A program made the position numbers and the translations under genes. From Planctomycetota bacterium (lineage in GTDB: Bacteria; Planctomycetota; Planctomycetia; Pirellulales; S012-138), in contig JAJRRR010000266.1 in the NCBI GenBank assembly GCA_024279285.1, positions 1 to 43,505 of the forward strand: a stretch of 43,505 nucleotides of DNA. The letters run 5' to 3'. Positions within the stretch are counted from its first letter, which is position 1. The number at the start of each line of letters is the position of its first letter. Under the pieces are notes generated by a model. It did not search any database, had not been told where the DNA came from, and saw only the letters and a list, made by a program, of their open reading frames with translations. Of the stretch, positions 8,938 to 17,952 are shown piece after piece.

Positions 8938-9114
8938 GTGAGCAGACTGTGGCTAGCACTACTGCGCGAGGAAGACGGCCCTACGGCGGTGGAATACGCG
9001 GCTTTGTTGGCTGTGATTTTCCTGGCTGTGGTGGGTGCCGTGGCTGCCGTGGGCCAACAAGCAGGCAATATGTTCCAAAATGCCACTGAGGAGCTTTCCA
9101 ACCACGGGCTGTAG
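8938..9114 (+). CDS. flp: Flp family type IVb (Tad) pilin, 58 aa
   Basis: GTG start with AAGGAG SD; EEDG|PTAVEYAALLAVI Flp motif followed by hydrophobic helix; it is the tail of ORF-track 8170..9114. Confidence 0.9.
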   Translation: MSRLWLALLREEDGPTAVEYAALLAVIFLAVVGAVAAVGQQAGNMFQNATEELSNHGL

Positions 9115-9131
9115 GGACAACGGCTCCTCTC

Positions 9132-9650
9132 CTACCGACGAGCAACAAACCGCTCGTAGAAAAGCAGCGCGCAGAGGGTCTTTGCGTCCCGAATCTCTCC
9201 CCGCGCCACCAGCTCCCAAACCTCCGACCAGGTGAGAATCCGCGTATGGAGCATTTCTCCGGCCTCGGGTCGGGCGGTTCCGGGAACCAATTGCGTGGCC
9301 ACGAACACCTCCATCCACTCGGTCATGATTCCCGGAGAGGTGTAGAACCCACACAAACGCTGGAGTCGTCCGGCTTGATAGCCGGTTTCTTCGGCCAGTT
9401 CGCGTTGAGCGGTTTGTAGGGGCGATTCGCCCGGCTCGCAGGTTCCGGCCGGCAGTTCCCAGAGATACTCCCCTGCTGCTGCCCGATAGTTCCGCAGCAG
9501 GCACACCCGATCATCGTCCACCAGGGGCACGATGGTCACCGCTCCCGGATGACGCACCAATTGGCGCTTGTGCTGCTTGCCATCGGGCGTTTGCACCTGA
9601 AGCTCCACCACATCAAACCGCATTCCCCGGAACACCACTTGCTGATCCAT
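9132..9650 (-). CDS. NUDIX hydrolase (ADP-ribose pyrophosphatase-like)
   Basis: Nudix box GTCEPGESPLQTAQRELAEETG; RHPGAV, ELPAG, FYTSPG and DAKT motifs; AAGGAG SD before ATG 9650. Confidence 0.92.
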   Translation of the reverse strand: MDQQVVFRGMRFDVVELQVQTPDGKQHKRQLVRHPGAVTIVPLVDDDRVCLLRNYRAAAGEYLWELPAGTCEPGESPLQTAQRELAEETGYQAGRLQRLCGFYTSPGIMTEWMEVFVATQLVPGTARPEAGEMLHTRILTWSEVWELVARGEIRDAKTLCALLFYERFVARR

Positions 9651-9848
9651 AACCACTCCTTGCCTTTAGCACTTGTCAGCACCCGCCGAGACGGATCGGC
9701 CGCTCAACCAGGCAAAGTGCGGATTTTGCTTGATTTTGGTCAACGGGGCAAACATAAATGGTAATTGCGATCTATGAAAGACGCGCCCGGTGGGCTTTGG
9801 GCTTTAGGATTCACCTCCTTGGACTGGTGCAAGCTTGGAGAACCGATC

Positions 9849-11579
9849 ATGCGGCATCGCGTGTGTGTGGTGGGAATTTGGGCGTGGGCAGTGGTGAGTT
9901 GGTTGGTTTGGGAGGCGGGAACCCTAGCCCAGCAGGATGAGGTTCTGCACCGGGTCAAGCAGCACTTGGCAGCCGGGGAGTTTCCTTTGGCTCGTCGGTT
10001 GGTGGAGCAGTTGCCAGCGGGTCGTCGGGACGCCGTGCTGGCTCAAGTGGCCCGAGCCCAAGCCCAAGCCGGAATGTTCCGACCGGCCTTGCAATCTGCT
10101 TCCCAAATCCGCGACGACCGTTCCCGAAGCTCCCTGGTGCAAGAGATTTCTCAAGAACGATTCTTGGGCCAAGCTCCAGGAGGAGCAGCTCAAGCCGACT
10201 TTGACCAGTTGATTGACCTGATCCAAAGCACCATTGAACCGGACTCCTGGGATCCCACCGGCGAGGGCACTATTGAGCCGTTTGCCATAGCCGGCGGGGT
10301 TCGGGTGGATGCGTTGGGCACGGTGCACTCGGTTCTGGCCGAGGAAAAACAAGGGCGGCTGCTTGTGCTGCGACGGCGCCATCGGATCAGCGTCGAGCAT
10401 CGGGATGTGCTTCGCCCCAGCCCCTTGCGAAAAGTCTCTCTCACCCGATTGGAAAAAATGGTCCAGCTCCGTCTGGCCGCCGGACAGGACCTGGACGACG
10501 CCATGCGCTATCTGGCCGGACTGACCAAAGTGCAATATGTGTTCATTTATCCGGAAACGGGCGATGTGGTGCTGGCCGGACCAGCTGGCCCTTGGACCTA
10601 TGATCGCTTGGGCCGAGCAGTCAACGCCCAAACCGGACGCCCCGTGCTGCATCTGGACGATCTGGTGGTGCTGCTCCGGCTGATGCGTCAAAACCCCCAG
10701 GAAATTATCACCTGCTCCATTGAACCCAAGCGGGAAAACCTGATTCGGGTGCAACAGTACCTGGCCCAATCCAGCAAGCAGCGCCGCACTCCTGCCAACC
10801 GTCGTCGCTGGATTGAACAACTGCGTCAACGCCTGGGCATGCAACAAGTGCGATTCCGCGGCATTGACCCTCGCACCCGAGTTGCCCATGTCATGTTTGA
10901 AGCCGACTATCGGATGAAACTGCTTGGGATTGGGCTGGAGCCGGGTCCGGCCCAGGTGCCAAGCTACCTGGACCTGCTCCAAGTGCAACGCGGCCAGAAG
11001 CTGCCATCCGTGGGCATGCTGCGATGGTGGTTCAACATGAACTACGAAGCAGTGGTGGCCAGCCAGGATCGCAACGCTTATGAGCTTCGGGGACAAGGCG
11101 TGGAAGTGCTGAGCGAAAGCGAACTGCTGACCCGACAAGGCCAAATCGTTCCGGCCCAACGACGCGATCCTTGGGCAGCCGCTTTTGCCGCCAACTTCAC
11201 CCGACACTTCGACCATCTGGCCGCAGAACACCATGTCTATGCCGATCTGCAAAATGTGTTTGACCTGGCCTTGGTGTGTGCGTTGCTTTATGCGGAAGGG
11301 ATTCCCCAACGAGTGGGCTGGCACCTGACCTGCTTCGGCGATCCGGAGCAGTATCCGGTGGCCTTGGGTCCGGCTCCCAAGGAAGTGCCTTCGGTGGCCA
11401 ACTATCGGGTGCTACGCGGACGGCAAGTGGTGGTGGCCGTAAGCGGAGGGGTGTACATCACTCCGGCCCGATTCGTCGCCCCGGAAAAAATCCACACCGA
11501 CGGACAAGGCCGACTGGCCAGCCGCCACCAGGATCAAAAGCCCGAGCAAGTGCCAGCAGATGTGTGGTGGTGGGACTAG
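9849..11579 (+). CDS. DUF1598 domain planctomycete protein, exported
   Basis: Signal-like N-terminus; LRKVSLTRLE, LAGL..VQYVF.YPETGDVVLAGPA, CSIEP, EADYRMKL.GIG, RWWF; GGAG SD before ATG 9849. Confidence 0.85.
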   Translation: MRHRVCVVGIWAWAVVSWLVWEAGTLAQQDEVLHRVKQHLAAGEFPLARRLVEQLPAGRRDAVLAQVARAQAQAGMFRPALQSASQIRDDRSRSSLVQEISQERFLGQAPGGAAQADFDQLIDLIQSTIEPDSWDPTGEGTIEPFAIAGGVRVDALGTVHSVLAEEKQGRLLVLRRRHRISVEHRDVLRPSPLRKVSLTRLEKMVQLRLAAGQDLDDAMRYLAGLTKVQYVFIYPETGDVVLAGPAGPWTYDRLGRAVNAQTGRPVLHLDDLVVLLRLMRQNPQEIITCSIEPKRENLIRVQQYLAQSSKQRRTPANRRRWIEQLRQRLGMQQVRFRGIDPRTRVAHVMFEADYRMKLLGIGLEPGPAQVPSYLDLLQVQRGQKLPSVGMLRWWFNMNYEAVVASQDRNAYELRGQGVEVLSESELLTRQGQIVPAQRRDPWAAAFAANFTRHFDHLAAEHHVYADLQNVFDLALVCALLYAEGIPQRVGWHLTCFGDPEQYPVALGPAPKEVPSVANYRVLRGRQVVVAVSGGVYITPARFVAPEKIHTDGQGRLASRHQDQKPEQVPADVWWWD

Positions 11580-11639
11580 TGCGGCTTGCGTCCTGCGCCA
11601 TGCGGCGCTCGGGATAGGCGTGAATTCTTGTTTCGGCGC
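11580..11639 (+). repeat. Dispersed heptamer+core element, copy C
   Basis: TGCGG CTTGCGT CCTGCGC CATGCGG, core GGCGTGAATTCTTGTTTCGGCGC (11617-11639). Confidence 0.8.
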
Positions 11640-11697
11640 CAAGGCCCAGGGGGCTGCCTGATTTTGATATTTCCTCACCCCCAGCCCCGAAATACAA

Positions 11698-11822
11698 CTT
11701 GCGGCTTGCGTCCTGCGGTTTGCGGTGCGTGAATGGGCGCGCTTGGGGCATCGCTGTTGGCTATTGGCCCTTCGCAATTCCCCACTCGCCATTGCCATTC
11801 GCTATTCGCCATTCGCCACCTA
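11698..11822. repeat. Degenerate heptamer arrays (CTTGCGG-type, then ATTCGCY-type)
   Basis: CTTGCGG CTTGCGT CCTGCGG TTTGCGG at 11698-11725; ACTCGCC ATTGCC ATTCGCT ATTCGCC ATTCGCC near 11784-11817. Confidence 0.7.
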
Positions 11823-11879
11823 CCCTTCCCCCTTGCCGATGGCTGCTTGCTGCTGGCTAGTTGTTGATCTCTGGACTTT

Positions 11880-13112
11880 TTACTTGTCTGAGCTCCTTAG
11901 GGGTTGGTTCCAGTAGATTTTGAGGTTGTGGGTTTGTCGGGCCACGGCCACGATGTCGTTCCGGCCATCGCCGTCCAGATCGGCCACGACCAGGTCCTCC
12001 ACGGCCATTTGCCCAGGCTCCAGCAAGGTGCGTTTCCATCGGCGTCCCAGGCGGTCCAGAGGATCGTAGATGCGCACTCCTCGGGGAGCCGCGGCTCCTT
12101 GGTGGTTGCGCACACCGATGACAAGCTCCTGGGCGGGATCGTCGTCCAGATTGGCACACCAGACGGCATGCCCCCACTCCAACTGGTCGTCAATCACCAG
12201 TCGTTGCCACCGCAGGGGGTATTGATCGGGCAAGTGCCAATAGACCACCACCTGGTTTCCGTGCCAGGGTTCGATGGTGGCCAGGTAGAATTGTCCAGGG
12301 GCTAGCTGGCCCACTTTGATCTCACTGGCTCCTTTTTTGCCACCGGGATTAACAAACCCGGCACTGAGCCGGATGCGGCGAAATTGGCCCTGGCCCAAGT
12401 TCCGCAACCACGAAACTCCCTCGTAGCTGGCCACCAGCAGGTCCAGACGCCCGTCGCGGTCCAAGTCGTGAGGCCAGAAGTTGTGGGCCACATGCAGTTG
12501 GTGATTGATCACGCGCCGAGGCCAGGGATCGCGTTGGGGGTTTGGGGGAATCGAGAAGGCCAGCACGCGCAAGGGGGCATCTTCAAAATTGGCTCGTGCT
12601 GTGGCCCCAGGGCCAAAAAGCGGCACCACTACAAGCTCCGCCCGACCGTCCCCGTCCAAATCCGCCCAATTGATCCGATGCAAAGTCGCCTCGCGTCCGA
12701 TGGGAAAAACTTGCCACAGATGATCCAGGCCGCGCGGGTCACGCCGCAGCCACTGAAGAGTCCCGCCAGCCTGAGTGTTGCGAAACTGCCACCCGGCTCC
12801 CAAGGCAAAATCCACCAAACCGTCGCCATCAATGTCATAAGCGGCAATGCAGACATTGTCCGGCATGGTCTGGTCCTGGACGATTAACCGCGGTTTCCAG
12901 GAGGGGTTTTCGTACCACAGCACCCGACGGCGATCCACGACCACGATGTCCACTCGGCCATCGTGGTTCACATCCACGCAGCGCACGGCGTATCCGACGC
13001 CCAAGTCGTCGGCCAGTTGTTGGGAAACCCAGCGTGGCTCTTGGGCCCAAGTGGGCCCCAAAGGCCCAAGGCATCCCATGCTCAAAGCTGCAAGCAGCCA
13101 GAAGGTTCTCAT
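11880..13112 (-). CDS. FG-GAP/VCBS repeat beta-propeller protein (aldos-2-ulose dehydratase propeller-like), secreted
   Basis: Repeated DxDxDGxxD motifs (DVNHDGRVD, DIDGDGLVD, DLDGDGRAE, DLDRDGRLD, DLDGDGRND), EPWHGNQV motif, signal peptide from MRTFW (13112). Confidence 0.85.
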   Translation of the reverse strand: MRTFWLLAALSMGCLGPLGPTWAQEPRWVSQQLADDLGVGYAVRCVDVNHDGRVDIVVVDRRRVLWYENPSWKPRLIVQDQTMPDNVCIAAYDIDGDGLVDFALGAGWQFRNTQAGGTLQWLRRDPRGLDHLWQVFPIGREATLHRINWADLDGDGRAELVVVPLFGPGATARANFEDAPLRVLAFSIPPNPQRDPWPRRVINHQLHVAHNFWPHDLDRDGRLDLLVASYEGVSWLRNLGQGQFRRIRLSAGFVNPGGKKGASEIKVGQLAPGQFYLATIEPWHGNQVVVYWHLPDQYPLRWQRLVIDDQLEWGHAVWCANLDDDPAQELVIGVRNHQGAAAPRGVRIYDPLDRLGRRWKRTLLEPGQMAVEDLVVADLDGDGRNDIVAVARQTHNLKIYWNQPLRSSDK

Positions 13113-13396
13113 GGTCGGCACTTCTCCGAGTGAGGGTAATAGGTGCGAACTTGGCCCGGGCCGGAGCTTGCATGCGTTTTTAGTGTTTCCGGTGCGGTTG
13201 GAAGATGCAAAAGTGTTTTGGCGAGAAAATTGGAAAATTTCCTCAAGCTCCCCTGCCGTGAGGCGAATCACCCTTTGGAAAGCTCCCCCGGGAGCCAATT
13301 TCTGAACACCGATTTGCAGGAAAAACCCTTGGCGATGGGTCCCGGATGGCGGCAAGGGGCGTTTCCCAAATCCTCGGAGGGTAAGGAGTTAAAGCC

Positions 13397-14197
13397 ATGA
13401 TCCGAAAAGTGTTGACTACAGCAGCCGTGGTCGTGGCCTTGGGCACCTTGTTTTTTGGTCGGGATGCCTGGAGCTACTTGAGCACCATTGTCTCGGATGT
13501 GCGCCAACAGGTGCGCCAGCAGGTGCCCACGGAGTTTGAGTTGCGTCGGGCCCGAAAAATGCTGGCCGATCTGGAACCTGTTATCCGCGAAAACCGACGC
13601 CGCATCGCTCAAGAGCAAGTCCGCCTGGAACAACTGGTCCAGCGAATCGCACGATTGGAGCAGAAGCTGCGCCAGGGTCAGGCGGAGATTTTGATGCTTC
13701 GGGACGATCTGGCTCAGGGCAAGCCCCACTACACCTACGCCGGTCGCACTTACTCGGCCCAAGAAGTCCGCGAAGACCTCCAGCGACGCTTCCAACGCTA
13801 CAAGACCAACCGCTCCACCTTGGAACATCTGCGTCAGGTGTATCGTGCCCGGCAAAAATCCCTCCAAGGCTTGCAAAAGCAGCTCCAAGGCATGATCGCC
13901 GCCCGAAGCCAATTGCGGCTGGAAATCGAAAACCTGGCCGCCCAGTTGGAAATGGTGCGAGCAGCCGAGACGATGAACCAGTTCCAGATTGACGATTCGC
14001 ACTTGAGCCGGCTCAAGACTCTGGTGCGTGAGCTTCAGCAGCGGATTGAGGTAGCTGCCCGACTGGCCGACCAGGAAAACGACGCCTACGAGGAAATCCC
14101 GGTCCACCAGCGTGGCGACGCTCCCGACATCGTGGAAGAAGTGACCCGATACTTCCAGCAAGATTCCACCCCCGCGGGCCAGGAGGGGGAAGGTTAA
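13397..14197 (+). CDS. Coiled-coil PspA/IM30 (ESCRT-III)-like protein with N-terminal hydrophobic anchor or signal
   Basis: AAGGAG SD; N-terminal hydrophobic helix, then VP.EFEL..A...L..L....IA.E helix and long heptad helices ending in SHLSR..ELQQRIEV; the PspA-like layout is inferred. Confidence 0.7.
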   Translation: MIRKVLTTAAVVVALGTLFFGRDAWSYLSTIVSDVRQQVRQQVPTEFELRRARKMLADLEPVIRENRRRIAQEQVRLEQLVQRIARLEQKLRQGQAEILMLRDDLAQGKPHYTYAGRTYSAQEVREDLQRRFQRYKTNRSTLEHLRQVYRARQKSLQGLQKQLQGMIAARSQLRLEIENLAAQLEMVRAAETMNQFQIDDSHLSRLKTLVRELQQRIEVAARLADQENDAYEEIPVHQRGDAPDIVEEVTRYFQQDSTPAGQEGEG

Positions 14198-14214
14198 ACC
14201 ACGGTCTTCGCCTT

Positions 14215-14248
14215 GCGGCGGTGCCGCATGACTTGCAGGCACCGCCGC
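14215..14248 (+). other. Strong intercistronic hairpin without U-tract
   Basis: Perfect 11-bp stem GCGGCGGTGCC / GGCACCGCCGC, 17 nt after the stop of the PspA-like gene. Confidence 0.65.
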
Positions 14249-14386
14249 CCTGCCCCTTTGCGAAGCTTCGCCTTGGGCACAACTGCAACCCCACCCGTCG
14301 TGTGGTAAGTTGGAACAATGGCAGTGGGAGTCGCTCCACCAGTGCACCTTTCACCGCGGCATCGCCGCCACTGTGGGAAGCCAACG

Positions 14387-16309
14387 ATGGAGTTCACCTT
14401 TCCGCCCGGTTCTTCACCGCTTGAGGGCTATCGGATCCAACGAGGCATTGGCCACGGGGGATTCGGCGAAGTGTACTACGCCCTCAGCCAAGGCGGAAAA
14501 CAGGTTGCCTTGAAGCTCATCCGACGCAACCTGGATGTGGAGCTTCGTGGAGTGCGACAGTGCTTGAATCTCAAGCACCCCCACCTGCTCATGCTCCTGG
14601 ACATCCGGCAAGATCGGCAGGGGAACTATTGGGTGGTGATGGAGTATGTTCGGGGAGAGACGCTGGAGCGGGTGCTGGCTCGCCATCCCCAAGGAATGCC
14701 TCAAGACCAGGTGCTGGCGTGGTTCCATAGCATCGGCCAAGCGGTAGCTTACCTGCACCGGCAGGGCATCGTGCATCGGGACCTCAAGCCCGGCAATATC
14801 TTCAACGATCAAGGCACGGTGAAGGTGGGGGATTATGGCCTAAGCAAGTTCATCTCTCCCTCGCGTCGCAGCGGCCAGACCACCAGCATCGGCACCGTGC
14901 ACTACATGGCTCCCGAGGTGGCCAACGGCCGCTATGGCAAACAGATAGACATCTATGCCTTGGGAGTAATTTTGTACGAGATGCTCACCGGGGAAGTGCC
15001 GTTTGACGGGGAGTCGGTAGGCGAGATTTTGATGAAGCACCTGACGGCCCAACCGCCGGTGGAAAAACTCCCTGAACCTTTCCGCCAGGTCGTGGCTAAG
15101 GCGTTGGCCAAAGATCCCCAACAGCGGTTTGATTCGGTGGAAGAAATGCTGGCCCAATTGCCTCCACCGCCTCAGGGGGCTGCCACGGTTCAGGTGACCT
15201 CGTCGGAACCGACATCCCAGGTGGAATTGGTGCAAGGGAGCGGACCGGTGGACCCCCAGGCCACCACGGTAGTTGAGCCACCTGTAAGAGAAGCTGCCCA
15301 GGCTCCCGACTCAAGTCCTGCTTCTTCTCCACCCCGAGAGCCGATCATGAAGGCTCTGTGGCAACTCCAGCGGAAAGTGCGTCTCCGGTGGGAGCAGGCG
15401 GCCTTGCCCCTTTGGGGAAAGGTGTTGGTGCTGCTGGGACTGGTCATATTGGCGGCCATGACGGCCGGAGTGTGGATTCCGCTGGTGGTCGCGGCGTTTG
15501 TCATTTATCTGATGTACTTCGTCATCTGGCTGTGCGTGGCCGAGCCGAATTCTCCTGCACCAGCGGAAAGCTCTCCGGCTCCTGAAGCATCCGAGCCGGT
15601 AGAACCGCCACCGGTTCGGGCTCCTGCGGTGGCTTATGCCGTGCCCAGGTCCACCCAGGCCGAAAACACCGCCCCTCCCGGCTGGAAACTGCCTTGGTCC
15701 ACCTCTCAACAACAGTGGATTCATGTGTTGGGAGGGATGTGGACTGCCGGATTGGTCGTGCCCCTGCTGGCTGCGGTGGTGATGATGGTGTTTGCTCCCG
15801 CGTGGCAATGGAACCAATTCTTGTGGTTGGCATCGGTGGCCACCGTGGGCGTGTGGTTGGTGCAGTTGACCACAACAAGTTGGGACCCTCAGGTTTCAGA
15901 CAGCCTGAGTCGGCGACTGTTTTTGCTGGCGCTGGGTCTGCTTTGGGGATCTGTGGCTTGGGCGTTGCAGATGCAACTGCAAGTTTCCTTGACGCCCACG
16001 GCCGAATTGGAACCAAAGGACCTTGCCCGCTGGTACGATCTGCTGGGACGCCCCCGGTTTCAAACCCATGCGTTGTACTTGGGATTTTTGCTCGCTGCAC
16101 TTCGTTGGTGGCGGGAAAGCTCGCCCATGCGTTGGGCACGACTGAGCCTGTGGAGCGTGGGTTTGAACATCATGGCTGCCTGGGTGTTGAGCACTTTGGT
16201 GGTTCCGTTCCCTCAACCTTGGGGAATGTTCCTGGTGGGTGTGTTTTCGGCCGGACTGCAACTTACCAGCCCTTGGCACTCTCCCCAACAGAGAATCCAA
16301 GCTGCTTGA
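14387..16309 (+). CDS. Hanks-type Ser/Thr protein kinase with polytopic C-terminal membrane domain
   Basis: [39 protein letters not shown]; Pro-rich linkers; about 8 hydrophobic segments; start at MEFTF (14387). Confidence 0.95.
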   Translation: MEFTFPPGSSPLEGYRIQRGIGHGGFGEVYYALSQGGKQVALKLIRRNLDVELRGVRQCLNLKHPHLLMLLDIRQDRQGNYWVVMEYVRGETLERVLARHPQGMPQDQVLAWFHSIGQAVAYLHRQGIVHRDLKPGNIFNDQGTVKVGDYGLSKFISPSRRSGQTTSIGTVHYMAPEVANGRYGKQIDIYALGVILYEMLTGEVPFDGESVGEILMKHLTAQPPVEKLPEPFRQVVAKALAKDPQQRFDSVEEMLAQLPPPPQGAATVQVTSSEPTSQVELVQGSGPVDPQATTVVEPPVREAAQAPDSSPASSPPREPIMKALWQLQRKVRLRWEQAALPLWGKVLVLLGLVILAAMTAGVWIPLVVAAFVIYLMYFVIWLCVAEPNSPAPAESSPAPEASEPVEPPPVRAPAVAYAVPRSTQAENTAPPGWKLPWSTSQQQWIHVLGGMWTAGLVVPLLAAVVMMVFAPAWQWNQFLWLASVATVGVWLVQLTTTSWDPQVSDSLSRRLFLLALGLLWGSVAWALQMQLQVSLTPTAELEPKDLARWYDLLGRPRFQTHALYLGFLLAALRWWRESSPMRWARLSLWSVGLNIMAAWVLSTLVVPFPQPWGMFLVGVFSAGLQLTSPWHSPQQRIQAA

Positions 16310-16333
16310 CCCTTGCTCTGGGAAAAAACAACG

Positions 16334-17263
16334 ATGCAACCCAACATGGAAATTGCCGCTTGGATCCTTGTTTTGGCCACTTTTGTTTTTTTGGCCATCC
16401 TTGGGGCGGTGGCGCTGTGGGCGCTTTCGCGTAGTGCCCGAAGTGGAACGGACGGTTTTGGCATGGTCGGGCGCACCTTGGGTTGGTTGTTGGTGGCTGC
16501 GGTGGTGTGGAAACTAGCCCAGTTCCCGGAGGACTTCTGGACCAGGGTACAAGAGCGCCTCGTCCAGCAACTCCCCACGGCACCAGAACGCCCATCCCAG
16601 GCACCTCCCTCGGACTCCCCCTCGGATCAACCCCCTCCGAAAGCGGAACCTTCTGGAGAACAGCCTCCGTGGGGGGACAGCCAGGGAAAGCCTTCTGCTC
16701 CCCTGCCCTCGTGGACCCGTCAGGAAAAGTGGCGATTTGAACAAGGGCAACAAGGTTGGGTGTTGCGGCGAGCGGTGCACACGCAGTTTTTTTCAGCCGA
16801 GGAGCTTCCCCGGGCTCAGCAGGAGTTGCGGCTTCGGGTGTGTACTCAACTGGCCCTGCTGGCCCAACAGCAATTCCGCCTGGATGACGAAAAGACCCAA
16901 CATCTGACCCAACACTTGAACCAATGGCCCCGAACCGAAGAACTGTTCCTCAAAGAGACTTTTCAAGAAGTGCGTCACTTTGAGCCGCCCACGGGCACGA
17001 TGTACCGCCTGCACGCTTTGCTTGAAGTGCATCAACAAGACCTGCATCGGCTGGACCAACTGGTTCAGGAGCTTCGTGCCCGAGAGGCAGCCTCTCGGGT
17101 AGTTTGGGCTTTGGGGGGGATCTGGGTGGCATTGGGTCTGGTGTTGGTTGGACTGAAGATAGATCAAGGCACCCGAGGGCGATTTCGCCGATGGTTGCAA
17201 GTTGGCGTGGGGGCCAGCATATTGGGATGGGGAGCATTGGTCCTATGGGCCCTGGGGCTATAG
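16334..17263 (+). CDS. Membrane protein (2 N-terminal TM, soluble domain, 2 C-terminal TM), hypothetical
   Basis: Operonic between kinase and sigma factor; hydrophobic segments at both ends and a Pro/Ser-rich linker. Confidence 0.75.
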   Translation: MQPNMEIAAWILVLATFVFLAILGAVALWALSRSARSGTDGFGMVGRTLGWLLVAAVVWKLAQFPEDFWTRVQERLVQQLPTAPERPSQAPPSDSPSDQPPPKAEPSGEQPPWGDSQGKPSAPLPSWTRQEKWRFEQGQQGWVLRRAVHTQFFSAEELPRAQQELRLRVCTQLALLAQQQFRLDDEKTQHLTQHLNQWPRTEELFLKETFQEVRHFEPPTGTMYRLHALLEVHQQDLHRLDQLVQELRAREAASRVVWALGGIWVALGLVLVGLKIDQGTRGRFRRWLQVGVGASILGWGALVLWALGL

Positions 17264-17304
17264 GAGCCCTGGTGGCCCTCCCTTTGTCCCGGTCCTGATG
17301 TCCT

Positions 17305-17952
17305 ATGGCCCCATCCGCCTCCGAAGACGATCAGCGGCTTGTTGCCCAAGTCCGCCAAGGCGACGCCCAGGCTTGGGAAGAACTGATTGCCCGATACGAA
17401 GGTCGCCTGCTGGCGTTTGTCCGCTCGCGGCTCCAGCGACCCGAAGAAGCCGAAGACATCGTGCAGGAAACTTTCGTGGGCTTTTTGACCAGTTTGCCCC
17501 ACTATGATGAATCCCGATCCTTGGAAACTTATCTTTTTACCATCGCCGCCTACAAGCTGACGGACTATTTGCGTCGTCAGGGGCGTCGGCCCACGCTTTC
17601 CCTCTCCGACGCCGCCGGAGATTCCACCACCTCTTGGCAACTCCTCTCCCCGGTCCAAGGGGCTTCCACCATCTTCGGCAACCAAGAACGACAACACCAG
17701 GAAGAACAAGTCTTGGTGAAAGCCCTGCGCAGCATCGTTTCTGCCTGGCAGGAGCGTGGAGATTGGGACAAACTGCGGTGCGTGGAGTTGCTTTTTGTGC
17801 GCGGTTTGGCCAACAAACAAGTGGCCGCCGTGCTCCAAATGTCCGAGCAAACCGTGGCCAATGTGAAGTTTGAGTTTCTCCGCAAGCTCAAACAAGCCAT
17901 CCGCCGCCAAGGCGGGACCAGCCTGATTGTGGAGCAAGGAGATCGGGCATGA
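17305..17952 (+). CDS. ECF sigma-70 factor
   Basis: GDAQAWEELIARY, EEAEDIVQETF, YLFTIA.YKLTDYLRR (region 2); region-4 HTH GLANKQVAAVLQMSEQTVANVK. Confidence 0.93.
   Translation: MAPSASEDDQRLVAQVRQGDAQAWEELIARYEGRLLAFVRSRLQRPEEAEDIVQETFVGFLTSLPHYDESRSLETYLFTIAAYKLTDYLRRQGRRPTLSLSDAAGDSTTSWQLLSPVQGASTIFGNQERQHQEEQVLVKALRSIVSAWQERGDWDKLRCVELLFVRGLANKQVAAVLQMSEQTVANVKFEFLRKLKQAIRRQGGTSLIVEQGDRA

Noticed and set aside
13220-13270. Autoregulatory ECF promoter upstream of the PspA-like gene
   Set aside because: Candidate -35/-10 words (GGAAAA or TCAAG ... CGAATC) exist but no second matching copy was found in the window to support a consensus
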